Origin: Acidimicrobiia bacterium
Lineage (GTDB): Bacteria; Actinomycetota; Acidimicrobiia; Acidimicrobiales; JANYDT01
Assembly: GCA_025359845.1 (NCBI GenBank)
Contig: JANYDT010000076.1
Coordinates: 307 to 64,306, forward strand
DNA length: 64,000 bases
Direction: 5' to 3'
The notes below the pieces were generated by a model, which was given only the letters and a program-made list of their open reading frames with translations, had not been told where the DNA came from and did not search any database. The position numbers and the translations under genes are program-made. The first letter of the stretch is position 1. The number at the start of each line of letters is the position of its first letter. Positions 34,291 to 43,122 of the stretch are shown piece after piece.

Positions 34291-37136
34291 CCAAGGAGCG
34301 GCCCCAAGGCGTCTCGGCGGAGCTGGAAGGTCTGCTCCAGTTTCTCTACGTTTGCCCGGTCGGGCTCGTCGAGTTCGATGACGCAGGAACCATTCACCGA
34401 ATCAATCCCGAAGCCGTGAATCTACTGATAGCCGCGGTTGGCGTAACGCCGTTCGGCAATATATTCGACGTGCTGGGCGCCAGCGGGGCTGAGCTACGCG
34501 AACTTCTGACGGCCGCCCCTCTTGACGCCGGGAGGATCGTGAACGAATATCTGGTGCGCCCGGAGCCAGCGGGGCTGAGGGCGTTGTCGCTCAATGTGGT
34601 GCGAGTGAGCAGCGACCGCGTGATGGCGATGATCACTGACGTCTCCGCGATGCAGTTGCGTTCATCGTTGGCGGAGGCGCTGGCATCGGCTTCTGGAGCA
34701 AACGATGCTGCAGCTCGTGTCTGTGCCCTGACCAATGTCTTGCTGGGCGCGGGAGGGGCAGCGGTGTATGAGCGGTCCGATGGCGGCGGTTGGTTGTGCT
34801 TGGGCCAGTCCGATGAGCTTGTCGGAGGCGGGGCAGAGGCGTCGGATGGGAGTGGCGGTCCGAGCCATGAAGCGTTTCAAAGGGGGGCGATCGTTACGGT
34901 CCGAACGCGGGCCGAGGTAGTGGGCCGCTATTCGAAATGGGCCGCGCACCACGCGGAGGCGTGTGCTACAGTGGCCGTTCCCATGTTTGGGTCGCAGTCG
35001 TCTGAGGGTCCGATGACCGGACACGTTCTTGAGTTGTGGTTCCGCGACGATCCGGGTTTTGACCGCCAGTATTTTAATAATCTCGAGTTGATGGCAAGTG
35101 ACATTTCGAGGTTCTTCGAACGGGCTCGGTCGAGTGAACTGCTGCGGGAGAGCGAGCAGTTCACTCGCAGGGTCCTCGACAATTTGGCCACCTTCGTTGG
35201 GGTCGTGACGACTGACGGAGTCCTTACCCACGTGAATCAGGCTCCGTTGACGGCCGCTGCTATTACGGCAGATGATGTGCTGGGCCGCAAGTTTTGGGAT
35301 TGCCCTTGGTGGAACTATGCGCCCGACGTGCAGGCGAAACTCGAGCGGGCTGTACATCGGGCGGCGGGCGGTGAAATCGTGCGATACGACGCAACAATCC
35401 GTGTAGCCGGCGACAAACGATTGGTAGTCGATTTTCAGATCGCGCCGCTGCTCGACGATAGAGGTGTGGTTACGCATTTGATTCCGTCCGGGTTCGACCT
35501 CACCGAACGGACCGCCGCCGAGTCCGAACGAGATCAGGTTCATCAGCGACTGAGCCAACTTCAACGCTTGGGCGCCTTACTTTCGGCCGCCGCGTTTCCG
35601 GCCGATGTCTGCGCCGCCGCGGCCGTGGTCGTCAAGGAAGCCTTTGCTGCGGATCGTTGTGCGGTCGGATTCGAGTCCGGTGATCAATTGAAATTGTTCA
35701 CGCTGCCGGGCGCTGATGAACAGCGAGGGTCATGGACAACCATTCCGCTCCCGATTCAGGTCGCCATGGATGGCTGCACCTTGGCGACCCCCGCCGCGGG
35801 CATCGACCGCGCGACGGTGAACGCTCTCTGGGGTGTCGTGGTCGAAGGTATGGCTTCCTCGATATTCGTACCGTTAGGCGGTGATGGAACTCTCGCCGTG
35901 ATGCACGCTTCGTCAAGTACCTTGCGCGAGTCGGAGCGCGATCTGCTCGACGCGATGAGCCACCTCGTCTCCTCGGCGTTGGAACGAGCCAGGCTGCACG
36001 AAGCCGCCGAGGTTGACCGGGCCGAGGATACGCGGGCGCTGGCCCGGGCCGAATTTTTGGCCGACGCAATGGCCCGGATCGCAATGGTTGACGGAGTTGC
36101 GGCCCGGTTGCAAATGCTCGTCGATCTATTGGTTCCGAGCATGGCGGATTACGCCACCATCGAAGCGCCCGATCAAGCGAACCCTGTGCTGGCGTTGGCC
36201 CATCGAGATCGCACACTCATCGGCCGGTCGGCCCAACTTGGTGCTCATTCGCACATCACGGTACCCCTCGACCTCGGTGGCGGCATGAAAGGGGCGCTGC
36301 TCCTTGAGCTGAGCGACGTCGACCGTCGACCGTTTGACGCACACGATCTGGCCTTGGCGCGCCACGTCGGTGATCGTGCTGGGATTTTGTTGGCGAGGGC
36401 GCGCCTCTACGAGGAGGAGCACAACATCTCGCTGCGTCTCCAGCGGGCTCTGCTCCCGGACCAGCTGGTGCGTCATCGCGACGTAGTTCTTACGGCCCGC
36501 CACGAGGCCGCCGGTCCAATGCTCGAAGTAGGCGGCGACTGGTACGACTCGTTCACATGGCCCGGGGGCCTTGTCGGTCTGGTCGTCGGTGACGTCGCGG
36601 GGCATGGCATCGAGGCCACCGCCGCGATGGGGCGGCTGCGTTCAGCGGTCGCTGCGTTTGCGCCCCTCATCGGCCCTGACCCCGCCGCGCTGCTGGATGC
36701 ACTCGACCTGTTCATGCGAGGCCCCAACGGCACCCGCTACGCGACGGCGTGCTGTGCGGTGTTCGATCCGAGTTCCGGTGAACTGCGCTACTCCTCCGCC
36801 GGTCACCTTCCCATGCTGGTGCTTTCACCCAACGGGCGGACAAGTTGGCTCGATGACGCCCAGGCCCCTCCACTGTGCCAGTTGCCGATCGATCATCGGC
36901 CATCAGGTTCGGTCGTCCTAGAACGTGGCGCGTTGCTCGTTCAGTACTCCGACGGTCTGGTTGAACGACGAGGAGAAGCCCTTGACGTCGGCCTTTCACG
37001 GCTCGAAGAAGCGATCAGGCGACTGACTTCGGTCGGCCTCGACGACATCGCCAATCGCCTCGTCGACCACTTCGTGGCCTCTCATCCCATCGAGGACGAC
37101 ATTGTCGTACTGGCGATGCGCTACGACCCAACGTAG
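34287..37136 (+). CDS. PAS/GAF multi-sensor PP2C (SpoIIE-type) serine phosphatase
   Basis: The start overlaps the PYP stop (ATGA, 34287-34290). PAS-like segments include VLDNLATFVGVVTTDGVLTHVNQAP...GRKFWDCPWW. GAF-like regions follow. The C-terminal part is RLQRALLPD...GGDWYD...VVGDVAGHGIEATAAMGRLRS...YSSAGHLP...DDIVVLAMR. Confidence 0.85.
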   Translation: MTKERPQGVSAELEGLLQFLYVCPVGLVEFDDAGTIHRINPEAVNLLIAAVGVTPFGNIFDVLGASGAELRELLTAAPLDAGRIVNEYLVRPEPAGLRALSLNVVRVSSDRVMAMITDVSAMQLRSSLAEALASASGANDAAARVCALTNVLLGAGGAAVYERSDGGGWLCLGQSDELVGGGAEASDGSGGPSHEAFQRGAIVTVRTRAEVVGRYSKWAAHHAEACATVAVPMFGSQSSEGPMTGHVLELWFRDDPGFDRQYFNNLELMASDISRFFERARSSELLRESEQFTRRVLDNLATFVGVVTTDGVLTHVNQAPLTAAAITADDVLGRKFWDCPWWNYAPDVQAKLERAVHRAAGGEIVRYDATIRVAGDKRLVVDFQIAPLLDDRGVVTHLIPSGFDLTERTAAESERDQVHQRLSQLQRLGALLSAAAFPADVCAAAAVVVKEAFAADRCAVGFESGDQLKLFTLPGADEQRGSWTTIPLPIQVAMDGCTLATPAAGIDRATVNALWGVVVEGMASSIFVPLGGDGTLAVMHASSSTLRESERDLLDAMSHLVSSALERARLHEAAEVDRAEDTRALARAEFLADAMARIAMVDGVAARLQMLVDLLVPSMADYATIEAPDQANPVLALAHRDRTLIGRSAQLGAHSHITVPLDLGGGMKGALLLELSDVDRRPFDAHDLALARHVGDRAGILLARARLYEEEHNISLRLQRALLPDQLVRHRDVVLTARHEAAGPMLEVGGDWYDSFTWPGGLVGLVVGDVAGHGIEATAAMGRLRSAVAAFAPLIGPDPAALLDALDLFMRGPNGTRYATACCAVFDPSSGELRYSSAGHLPMLVLSPNGRTSWLDDAQAPPLCQLPIDHRPSGSVVLERGALLVQYSDGLVERRGEALDVGLSRLEEAIRRLTSVGLDDIANRLVDHFVASHPIEDDIVVLAMRYDPT

Positions 37137-37280
37137 CCTGCACGCCGGCAACCACGCCCCAATCGTCGCCACCGTTTGCCTGTCGTCGCAGCGGTGCAGG
37201 ACAGCAACGAAGTCCGACTCATGCCGGGTGTGTCAAGGGCCACGGCGGGGTGGCTCAATGGGCGCCCCACCTACCTGCGT

Positions 37281-37306
37281 GTAGCACAAACCAACAAAAG
37301 TGCTAC
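37281..37306. promoter_or_regulatory. Perfect 7-bp inverted repeat (candidate antitoxin operator)
   Basis: GTAGCAC (37281-37287), a 12-nt spacer, then GTGCTAC (37300-37306). The repeat ends 10 nt upstream of the Phd/YefM-type antitoxin ATG (37316). Confidence 0.4.
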
Positions 37307-37315
37307 GCCCAAGGA

Positions 37316-37573
37316 ATGGATGTCGGGGTACGCGAGCTTCGCAACCATACGGCCGATGTGATCGCTGCGGTCGAGGCTGGTGAAATTGTGTATTTGACGT
37401 CGCATCGCCGGCGTATCGCGGTAATCACTCCTGTGAATGGGGTCGAGGGCGATCTGTTGCGTGCGTTGATGGAGCGGATCGATCGCACCCCGGCGTTCGA
37501 CAGCGGACTGGCGGAGGCGGTGGAGGCGAGCCGGGCGCTCTATCAGACGCAGGAGCGTGAGCCGTGGTCGTGA
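37316..37573 (+). CDS. Phd/YefM-family type II antitoxin
   Basis: MDVGVRELRNHTADVIAAVEAGEIVYLTSHRRRIAVITPV is the typical Phd/YefM N-terminus. The TGA overlaps the toxin ATG (TGATG at 37571-37575). Confidence 0.8.
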   Translation: MDVGVRELRNHTADVIAAVEAGEIVYLTSHRRRIAVITPVNGVEGDLLRALMERIDRTPAFDSGLAEAVEASRALYQTQEREPWS

Positions 37574-37986
37574 TGCTCGACACCTCCGCAGTCATTGCGT
37601 TGGTGGAGCGCAAACACGCCGGCGTGCGTTCGGCTGTCGTCGAAAGTGGATCGGTCCCATCGATCTCGGTGATCACATTGGGGGAGTTGCATCACGGGGT
37701 TGAATCGGCGCCCGATGGAGGGCGTCGGCGGCTACGACAGTTGACGGTGGATGCATGTGAGCTGATGACGGTTAAGCCGGTGAGCGATGAGGTCGCGCGC
37801 CGTTACGGTCAACTCTCAGCCGACGTTTCGCGCCGCATCCGCGCCGCGGATCGGTGGATAGCGGCGACGGCGGCGATTGAGGGCAGCCTGCTGGTGACCT
37901 TCGACGGTCATCTGGCCGCGGAGCTTGGGCGTGTGCAGGCCGAGCAAGAACCGAGACCGGTTCGCGTGATGTTGCTCGAAGGCTGA
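37573..37986 (+). CDS. vapC: PIN-domain toxin (VapC family)
   Basis: MLDTSAVIAL...ITLGELHHGV...DRWIAATAAIEGSLLVTFD carries the conserved PIN acidic positions (D, E, D, D). Confidence 0.8.
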   Translation: MLDTSAVIALVERKHAGVRSAVVESGSVPSISVITLGELHHGVESAPDGGRRRLRQLTVDACELMTVKPVSDEVARRYGQLSADVSRRIRAADRWIAATAAIEGSLLVTFDGHLAAELGRVQAEQEPRPVRVMLLEG

Positions 37987-38017
37987 CTGCCTTCGTCGGT
38001 CCCGGGGTCAGAGCCGG

Positions 38018-38578
38018 TCAGGGCCCGAACGCCACGAGCCCCTCGAACAGTTCGCCGACGGGAAGCGAAATCGGCGGGCAGGTGAGGGCAATCGTATCGA
38101 TCGGACCGACGACTTCGAGCTGCCAGCCCCTATCGGTACGCCAGTGGTGTTCGATGCGAGGCTGGTCCTGATGCACCACGAGATAGTGCCGCAACGACTC
38201 AATGGCGAAGTAGGCGCCCCGCTTCTCGCGCTGGTCGATGTCGCGAGTCGACGGAGACAGCACCTCGGCCAAGAGGCACGGCGAGGTCTCGAAGTAGGGG
38301 TCGGCCTGCTCCTCGCAGGCGACCATCACGTCGGGATAGTAGCCCGCGTTCTCGGTCATGAGGCGCATGTCGGACGCATAGGTCCGGCACCCGTGTCGTT
38401 TGGCGACAGGGTGCAGGTGAGCGACGATCTCCATGGCAATACGGTTGTGCACGCCGCTCGTACCGGTCATTGCGAACAACACTCCACCGATCCATTCGTG
38501 ACGAATGGTCGAGTCGCGCTCGCAGCAGAGGTATTCGGTCTTGGAGATCAACTGGCGGGCGGTGTCGCTCACAGCCAC
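38018..38578 (-). CDS. Uma2 (DUF820) family endonuclease
   Basis: EYLCCERDSTIRHEWIGGVLFAMTGTSGVHNRIAMEI...YYPDVMVAC...LAEVLSPSTRDIDQREKRGAYFAIESLRHYLVV is the restriction-endonuclease-like PD-(D/E)xK pattern of Uma2. Confidence 0.75.
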   Translation of the reverse strand: MAVSDTARQLISKTEYLCCERDSTIRHEWIGGVLFAMTGTSGVHNRIAMEIVAHLHPVAKRHGCRTYASDMRLMTENAGYYPDVMVACEEQADPYFETSPCLLAEVLSPSTRDIDQREKRGAYFAIESLRHYLVVHQDQPRIEHHWRTDRGWQLEVVGPIDTIALTCPPISLPVGELFEGLVAFGP

Positions 38579-38678
38579 AAGTCTACGGGTCGTCGGACCG
38601 GGTCGGTCCGCCTCGTCGGGCCCCCACCGTGCAGGTATTCGAGCACACCGCGCCGGAACCCGGAGTTAAGATTATTTC

Positions 38679-39398
38679 ATGACGACGATCGTCGAAGACC
38701 TGGTGTATCCGGAGGAGGCGCACAGCGTGACCGGCACCGACGACCACCTCAGCTGGATCATCTTGTTGCGGGGCAACCTCCGCGCCGTTTTCCACGGGCA
38801 GAACGTCTACATCGGCGGCGACATCTTCTGGTATCCCGTCGAAGGAGAGCCCCGGATCTGCGCCTCGCCCGACGCTCTGGCCGTGTTCGGGCGCCCGCAG
38901 TACAACCGCCGCACTTGGCAGAACTGGCACGAGGAAGGTCTCGGCCCCCAAGTAACAGTCGAAGTCTTGTCGGTGGTCAACAAGACCGCCGCGGGGCGGC
39001 GGGAACTGGCCAACAAGGTCGAGTTGTACCAGCGCCACGGCGTGGAGGAGTACATCGAACTCGATCCCGATCGTCCGTCTATCGTCGTGTGGTTACGAGG
39101 TCCGTCCGGACTGGTCCGCACTGCGCCGCTAACAAGATGGGTGAGCCCCCGGCTCAACGTCACTTTTGCTGTTGAACCCGACGGACTTAACGTTTACGGC
39201 CCTGACGGCGCTCGGTTCGTGGCCCAGGAAGACGCTTTGCGTCAAGGCCGGATCGACGCGGCGCGAGCCCAACAAGAAGCGGCGCGAGCCCAACAAGAAG
39301 CGGACCGAGCGAACCGGGAAGCGAAGCGCGCGACCGAGGCCGAGGCCGAGGTAGTCCGGCTTCGAGCCGAAATCGACGCACTTCGAAAGGGTGAATGA
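38679..39398 (+). CDS. Uma2 (DUF820) family endonuclease with C-terminal coiled-coil tail
   Basis: HLSWIILLRGNL...YIGGDIFWYPVEG...SPDALAVFG...VTVEVLSVVNKTAAGRRELANKVELYQRHGVEEYIELDP is the Uma2 core. The tail is AARAQQEAARAQQEADRANREAKRATEAEAEVVRLRAEIDALRKGE. Confidence 0.75.
   Translation: MTTIVEDLVYPEEAHSVTGTDDHLSWIILLRGNLRAVFHGQNVYIGGDIFWYPVEGEPRICASPDALAVFGRPQYNRRTWQNWHEEGLGPQVTVEVLSVVNKTAAGRRELANKVELYQRHGVEEYIELDPDRPSIVVWLRGPSGLVRTAPLTRWVSPRLNVTFAVEPDGLNVYGPDGARFVAQEDALRQGRIDAARAQQEAARAQQEADRANREAKRATEAEAEVVRLRAEIDALRKGE
39258..39320 (+). repeat. 21-bp in-frame tandem repeat (2 perfect + 1 degenerate copy)
   Basis: gcggcgcgagcccaacaagaa occurs twice and is followed by gcggaccgagcgaaccgggaa. 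They encode the AARAQQE repeats in the Uma2 tail. Confidence 0.8.
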
Positions 39399-39410
39399 GC
39401 CTGCGCCAAG

Positions 39411-40391
39411 CTACGGCCGCCGCACCCCTTGCAACCGTTCACCGGCGGCCACGACCACGCCGTCTCCGAGCACGCTGTCATCGATGCGGGCCCCGTCGCC
39501 CACCACGACACCCTCGCCCAACACGCTCGTTGACACCTGGGCCATCGCCCCAACCGTCACTCGGGGCAACAACACCGAGTCGCGCACCGACGCGCCCAAT
39601 TCGATCCGGCCGAAACCGCCGACCACCGAACCAACGACAGCGCCCGAAAGTATCGTCCCAGGGCCACACCAGCGCCCTGCAGGGCCATCCAGAAATCCGA
39701 GTTGCGACGTGCGATAGCTCTCGGGCGTGCCCGCATCGACCCACTGGCCGTTCCATTTAAAACCAAACAATCGGCCCTCCGCGGCAATCGCGGGAAACGT
39801 GACCCGCTCGATCGAAACCCGCTCCCCCAAAGGAATACGAGCCAGAGCCGCAGGCTCGAGCACATAGGTGCCGGCGTTGATCCAGTCGGTCGGCGCGAGT
39901 TCTCGCTCCGGCTTTTCGACGAACTCAAGCACCCGACCATCGCTGTCGGTCGGTACCACGCCAAAGGCCGACGGGTCGTCTACCTGATGAAGTGACAGCG
40001 TCGCTTCCGCACCACGCTCGTCGTGAAAGCGAAGCAAAGCGCCAATATCGAGGTCGGTCAGGATGTCGCCGTTGACCACCACCAGCCGCTCCTCGTCATA
40101 ACTCGCTTCCCAAGCTGCGAACCGGATGGCGCCAGCCGTGTCGAGCGGACTGTCTTCGACGGCGTACCGCAGCCTCACCCCACCGGCCCATCCCGTAGGA
40201 AAGGCCCGAAGGAAGGCGTCGGGCCGGTACCCAAGACTCAACACAGCCTCGGTGATGCCATGACGGGCCAAGGCGCGCAGCACCCTTTCCAACATCCTTT
40301 CGCCCAGCACGGGCAGCATCTGTTTGGGTCGCGTGAGTGTGAGCGGCCGAAGGCGCGTGCCTTCGCCACCTACGAGGACGACCGCTCGCAT
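39411..40391 (-). CDS. NDP-sugar pyrophosphorylase (mannose-1-phosphate guanylyltransferase-like) with left-handed beta-helix C-terminus
   Basis: MRAVVLVGGEGTRLRPLTLTRPKQMLPVLGERMLE... is the nucleotidyltransferase G-x-G-T-R-L motif. The C-terminus has hexapeptide-like repeats. Its position next to wbbL/rmlD matches the mycobacterial manB locus. Confidence 0.8.
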   Translation of the reverse strand: MRAVVLVGGEGTRLRPLTLTRPKQMLPVLGERMLERVLRALARHGITEAVLSLGYRPDAFLRAFPTGWAGGVRLRYAVEDSPLDTAGAIRFAAWEASYDEERLVVVNGDILTDLDIGALLRFHDERGAEATLSLHQVDDPSAFGVVPTDSDGRVLEFVEKPERELAPTDWINAGTYVLEPAALARIPLGERVSIERVTFPAIAAEGRLFGFKWNGQWVDAGTPESYRTSQLGFLDGPAGRWCGPGTILSGAVVGSVVGGFGRIELGASVRDSVLLPRVTVGAMAQVSTSVLGEGVVVGDGARIDDSVLGDGVVVAAGERLQGVRRP

Positions 40392-41266
40392 TACTTCGTT
40401 GTGGCGGTCGCCGGTCGGGTAGTCGCCCCGGACGAGCCGGCCTTGGTCGTGGCCGACCCGGGCGCCGCGGTCGTGTTCGGGCCGCCCGCCCCGGCAATGG
40501 TCGTTGCTCCGGCAACCGTTGTTGCTCCGGCAACCGTCGTAGTGCTGGCATTGGGCGAGAAGCCTCCCGAACCGCTCTTGACGTCGGTGGGGGCCAGCAA
40601 AGTTTTCACCGACGGCGGCGCGGGCGGAGCCTTCGCTCCTTTGGGGATCAATGCGAACGTGAGGATCTGATCTTGGGCCAGGCGAATATCACGCGGATTG
40701 TATTTGATCTCGACCGGATTGGTGTCGTTCTCACCCTTGTACTGGAAGATCTTGAACTCGCTGGTGCGGCCCCGACATTTGTCGCCCGATTTGTACGTCT
40801 TGCCGTCCGTGCCGGGCAGCTTGATCTTCGTCTTGGTCAGCGTCATGTGCAACGAATCGAGCCACACGCCGAGCTTGGCGTGCTTGCCCGAAGCCTTGGT
40901 GGTGAACGGGTGAATGTGAATCAACCCGTCACTGTGGGCGTGGATTCCCAACTTGTCTTGGGCTTGGTTCGACGCGGCCAGCGCTTCGCCCTGGATGGGC
41001 GGCAGATACGTGTCGCAGATATAGATGCCGTACGCCGCATGCCAATGGTCGCCACCCGATACCTTGTCGGTCTGGGGGCGAGGTTGGGTCTTGAAATCGG
41101 CCTTGCTCGCGGTGATGAGAGAAACGACGATGAGAAGGACCCCCACCACGCTGATCGCCGCCAATCCACCGTAATAGCCCAACGATCTATTGATGGAACG
41201 CTTAGAAGGACCGCCCCCGGCCTTCGCGGCGCGAGCCACTTTCTTGTTGGAAGAAGCCTTGCCCAT
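40391..41266 (-). CDS. Single-pass membrane protein with His-rich ectodomain and Thr/Ala/Gly-rich C-terminal tail
   Basis: From MGKASSNKKVARAAKAGG (ATG 41266). The TM helix is YYGGLAAISVVGVLLIVVSLI. GGDHWHAAYGIYIC...GIHAHSDGLIHIHPF follows. The tail is ASTTTVAGATTVAGATTIAGAGGPNTTAAPGSATTKAGSSGATT. I recognise no family. Confidence 0.55.
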   Translation of the reverse strand: MGKASSNKKVARAAKAGGGPSKRSINRSLGYYGGLAAISVVGVLLIVVSLITASKADFKTQPRPQTDKVSGGDHWHAAYGIYICDTYLPPIQGEALAASNQAQDKLGIHAHSDGLIHIHPFTTKASGKHAKLGVWLDSLHMTLTKTKIKLPGTDGKTYKSGDKCRGRTSEFKIFQYKGENDTNPVEIKYNPRDIRLAQDQILTFALIPKGAKAPPAPPSVKTLLAPTDVKSGSGGFSPNASTTTVAGATTVAGATTIAGAGGPNTTAAPGSATTKAGSSGATTRPATATTK

Positions 41267-41340
41267 AAGGCCGTGAAGACTAGTCCAGCCCGGCACCGGG
41301 CCGATTCAGCCGGGTCGGGCCGGACGGTCACCGGCGAAGG

Positions 41341-42156
41341 TCAGTGCATGGCCGGCGCCCGTCGCATCACCAGCCGGCGGACTGCGCTGAGGACGGCCCT
41401 ACCGGCCAAGGCGACAGCCACGCAGGGGAGGGCAACGCGGCCGAAACCTCGTTGCGACCGGCGCGCGAACCTCCACAACGAGCGGTGGTGCTCGATGATC
41501 ATCCGGTAGGGGTGCTGCTCGCTGCTCGCTCCCACCACGTGACTGACAACCGCCGTTTCGGCCACCGCGACCCTCCATCCCGCCAATCCCAGCCGCCAAC
41601 AGAAGTCGACGTCTTCTACGTACATGAAGTAGTCCTCATCGAACCCCCCCACCGCCTCGAACGCGGACCGACGCAAGAGCATCGCCGTGCCGGCCACCCA
41701 ATCGGGGCGATCCGGGCGCAAATACGCCTCACTCCACCGGTTGCGGGGTCGCACCAACCCGAGAAAGCCATGACCGAAAGCGGCGCCCAACGACGGAAAG
41801 GCCCGCGCCGACGGATACGTGGTGCCGTCGCGCGTCACGATGCGGGGCCCGACCACTCCTACCTCCGGATCGTCATCGAGCACCGCGACCATACCCGCCA
41901 CCGCCCCGGGCCGGACCTCGGCGTCGGGATTGAGCAATAGCACGTAGGGCGCCGTTGTCGCCGCGACGCCGCGGTTGGCGGCTCGGCCGAAGCCCAGATT
42001 TGACCCGCTGTTGATGATCTCGGCGCCCGTTGCTGCGGCCAAGCAGACCGATCCGTCGTGGGACGCGTTGTCGACGACGACGGTTCGGGCCACCTCGCCG
42101 CGCAGCGCCTCCAAGCAGACGGCGAGGTACGGCGCGGCGTTCCAGGAAACGACCAC
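41341..42156 (-). CDS. wbbL: GT2 rhamnosyltransferase, WbbL type
   Basis: VVSWNAAPYL...VVVDNASHDGS...SNLGFGRAANRG...LLNPDAEV...YPSARAFPSL...WVAGTAMLLRRSAFEAVGGFDEDYFMYVEDVDFCWRL...HHRSLWRF is co-linear with my recollection of M. tuberculosis WbbL1. The start is a GTG. Confidence 0.8.
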   Translation of the reverse strand: MVVSWNAAPYLAVCLEALRGEVARTVVVDNASHDGSVCLAAATGAEIINSGSNLGFGRAANRGVAATTAPYVLLLNPDAEVRPGAVAGMVAVLDDDPEVGVVGPRIVTRDGTTYPSARAFPSLGAAFGHGFLGLVRPRNRWSEAYLRPDRPDWVAGTAMLLRRSAFEAVGGFDEDYFMYVEDVDFCWRLGLAGWRVAVAETAVVSHVVGASSEQHPYRMIIEHHRSLWRFARRSQRGFGRVALPCVAVALAGRAVLSAVRRLVMRRAPAMH

Positions 42157-42194
42157 CGCCTCAACACTGCCCGTATTACCGGCCGGCGGCCCAG

Positions 42195-43052
42195 TCAGTT
42201 GAGCTCCTTCAGGAGTAGGGCCAGCGAGGCGCGCCAGGGTGGAAGCGGAGGCAGCCCGTGGCCGCGCAGTGCTGCGTTGTCGAGCACCGACCAGGACGGA
42301 CGGGGCGCGGGGCGCACCGGTAGCAGTTCGCTTGACGCGATGGCTTTGACCCGGTCGGGGTCGTGCCCACTGCCCGCGAAAATGGCCGATGCGAAGCCGT
42401 GCCAGGTCGTCGGCTCGGCGTTGGTCACATGGAAGACGCCGGGGAGGTGACCCACGGCAAGGCGTCGGATGGTGGCGGCCACGTCACGGGTGAAAGTGGG
42501 GCAGCCCTGCTGGTCATCGACCACGGTGATTAATCCGTCACCGTGGCGCGCCAGGCGCAACATCGTCGTGACGAAATTGCTCCCGTGGGCCCCGCACAGC
42601 CACGAGGTGCGCACGATCGTCGCGTCCGGGCCGAGCAGGTCAATCGCCTCGCGCTCGCCTCCGAGCTTGGAGTGGCCGTAATGGCTGATCGGACCGGTCG
42701 GATGCCACTCGGTGTAAGGAATCGTGGCCCTCCCGTCGAATACGTAGTCGGTGCTCACGTAAATCATCCGGGCCTTGGTCAAGGCGCACCCCTCGGCCAC
42801 GTTGCGCGTCCCGAAGGCGTTGACGCGATAGGCCTTCTCCGGATCGGTCTCGCAGTCGTCGACATTGGTGAACGTTGCGCAATGCACGACCACGTCCGGG
42901 CCCACCGCGCCCACCACTTGCAGGGTCTGTTGTCGATCGGCGACGTCGAGATTCGCCCGATCACAGGCGACGACTTCGTCGCCGGCCGTTGTGCACTCCC
43001 GAACCACGTCGTGGCCGAGCTGTCCGGCGGCACCGGTGACGAGAACCTTCAC
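42195..43052 (-). CDS. rmlD: dTDP-4-dehydrorhamnose reductase
   Basis: MKVLVTGAAGQLGHDVV...YVSTDYVFDG...Y..SKLGGE carries the SDR-extended fold and the RmlD motifs. Confidence 0.85.
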   Translation of the reverse strand: MKVLVTGAAGQLGHDVVRECTTAGDEVVACDRANLDVADRQQTLQVVGAVGPDVVVHCATFTNVDDCETDPEKAYRVNAFGTRNVAEGCALTKARMIYVSTDYVFDGRATIPYTEWHPTGPISHYGHSKLGGEREAIDLLGPDATIVRTSWLCGAHGSNFVTTMLRLARHGDGLITVVDDQQGCPTFTRDVAATIRRLAVGHLPGVFHVTNAEPTTWHGFASAIFAGSGHDPDRVKAIASSELLPVRPAPRPSWSVLDNAALRGHGLPPLPPWRASLALLLKELN

Positions 43053-43122
43053 GGACGCAGGAGCGTAGCCGGGAGGGCGGGCTAGCCACCCGCTTCAGCC
43101 GCGAGCGATCAGGCAACTGCAC

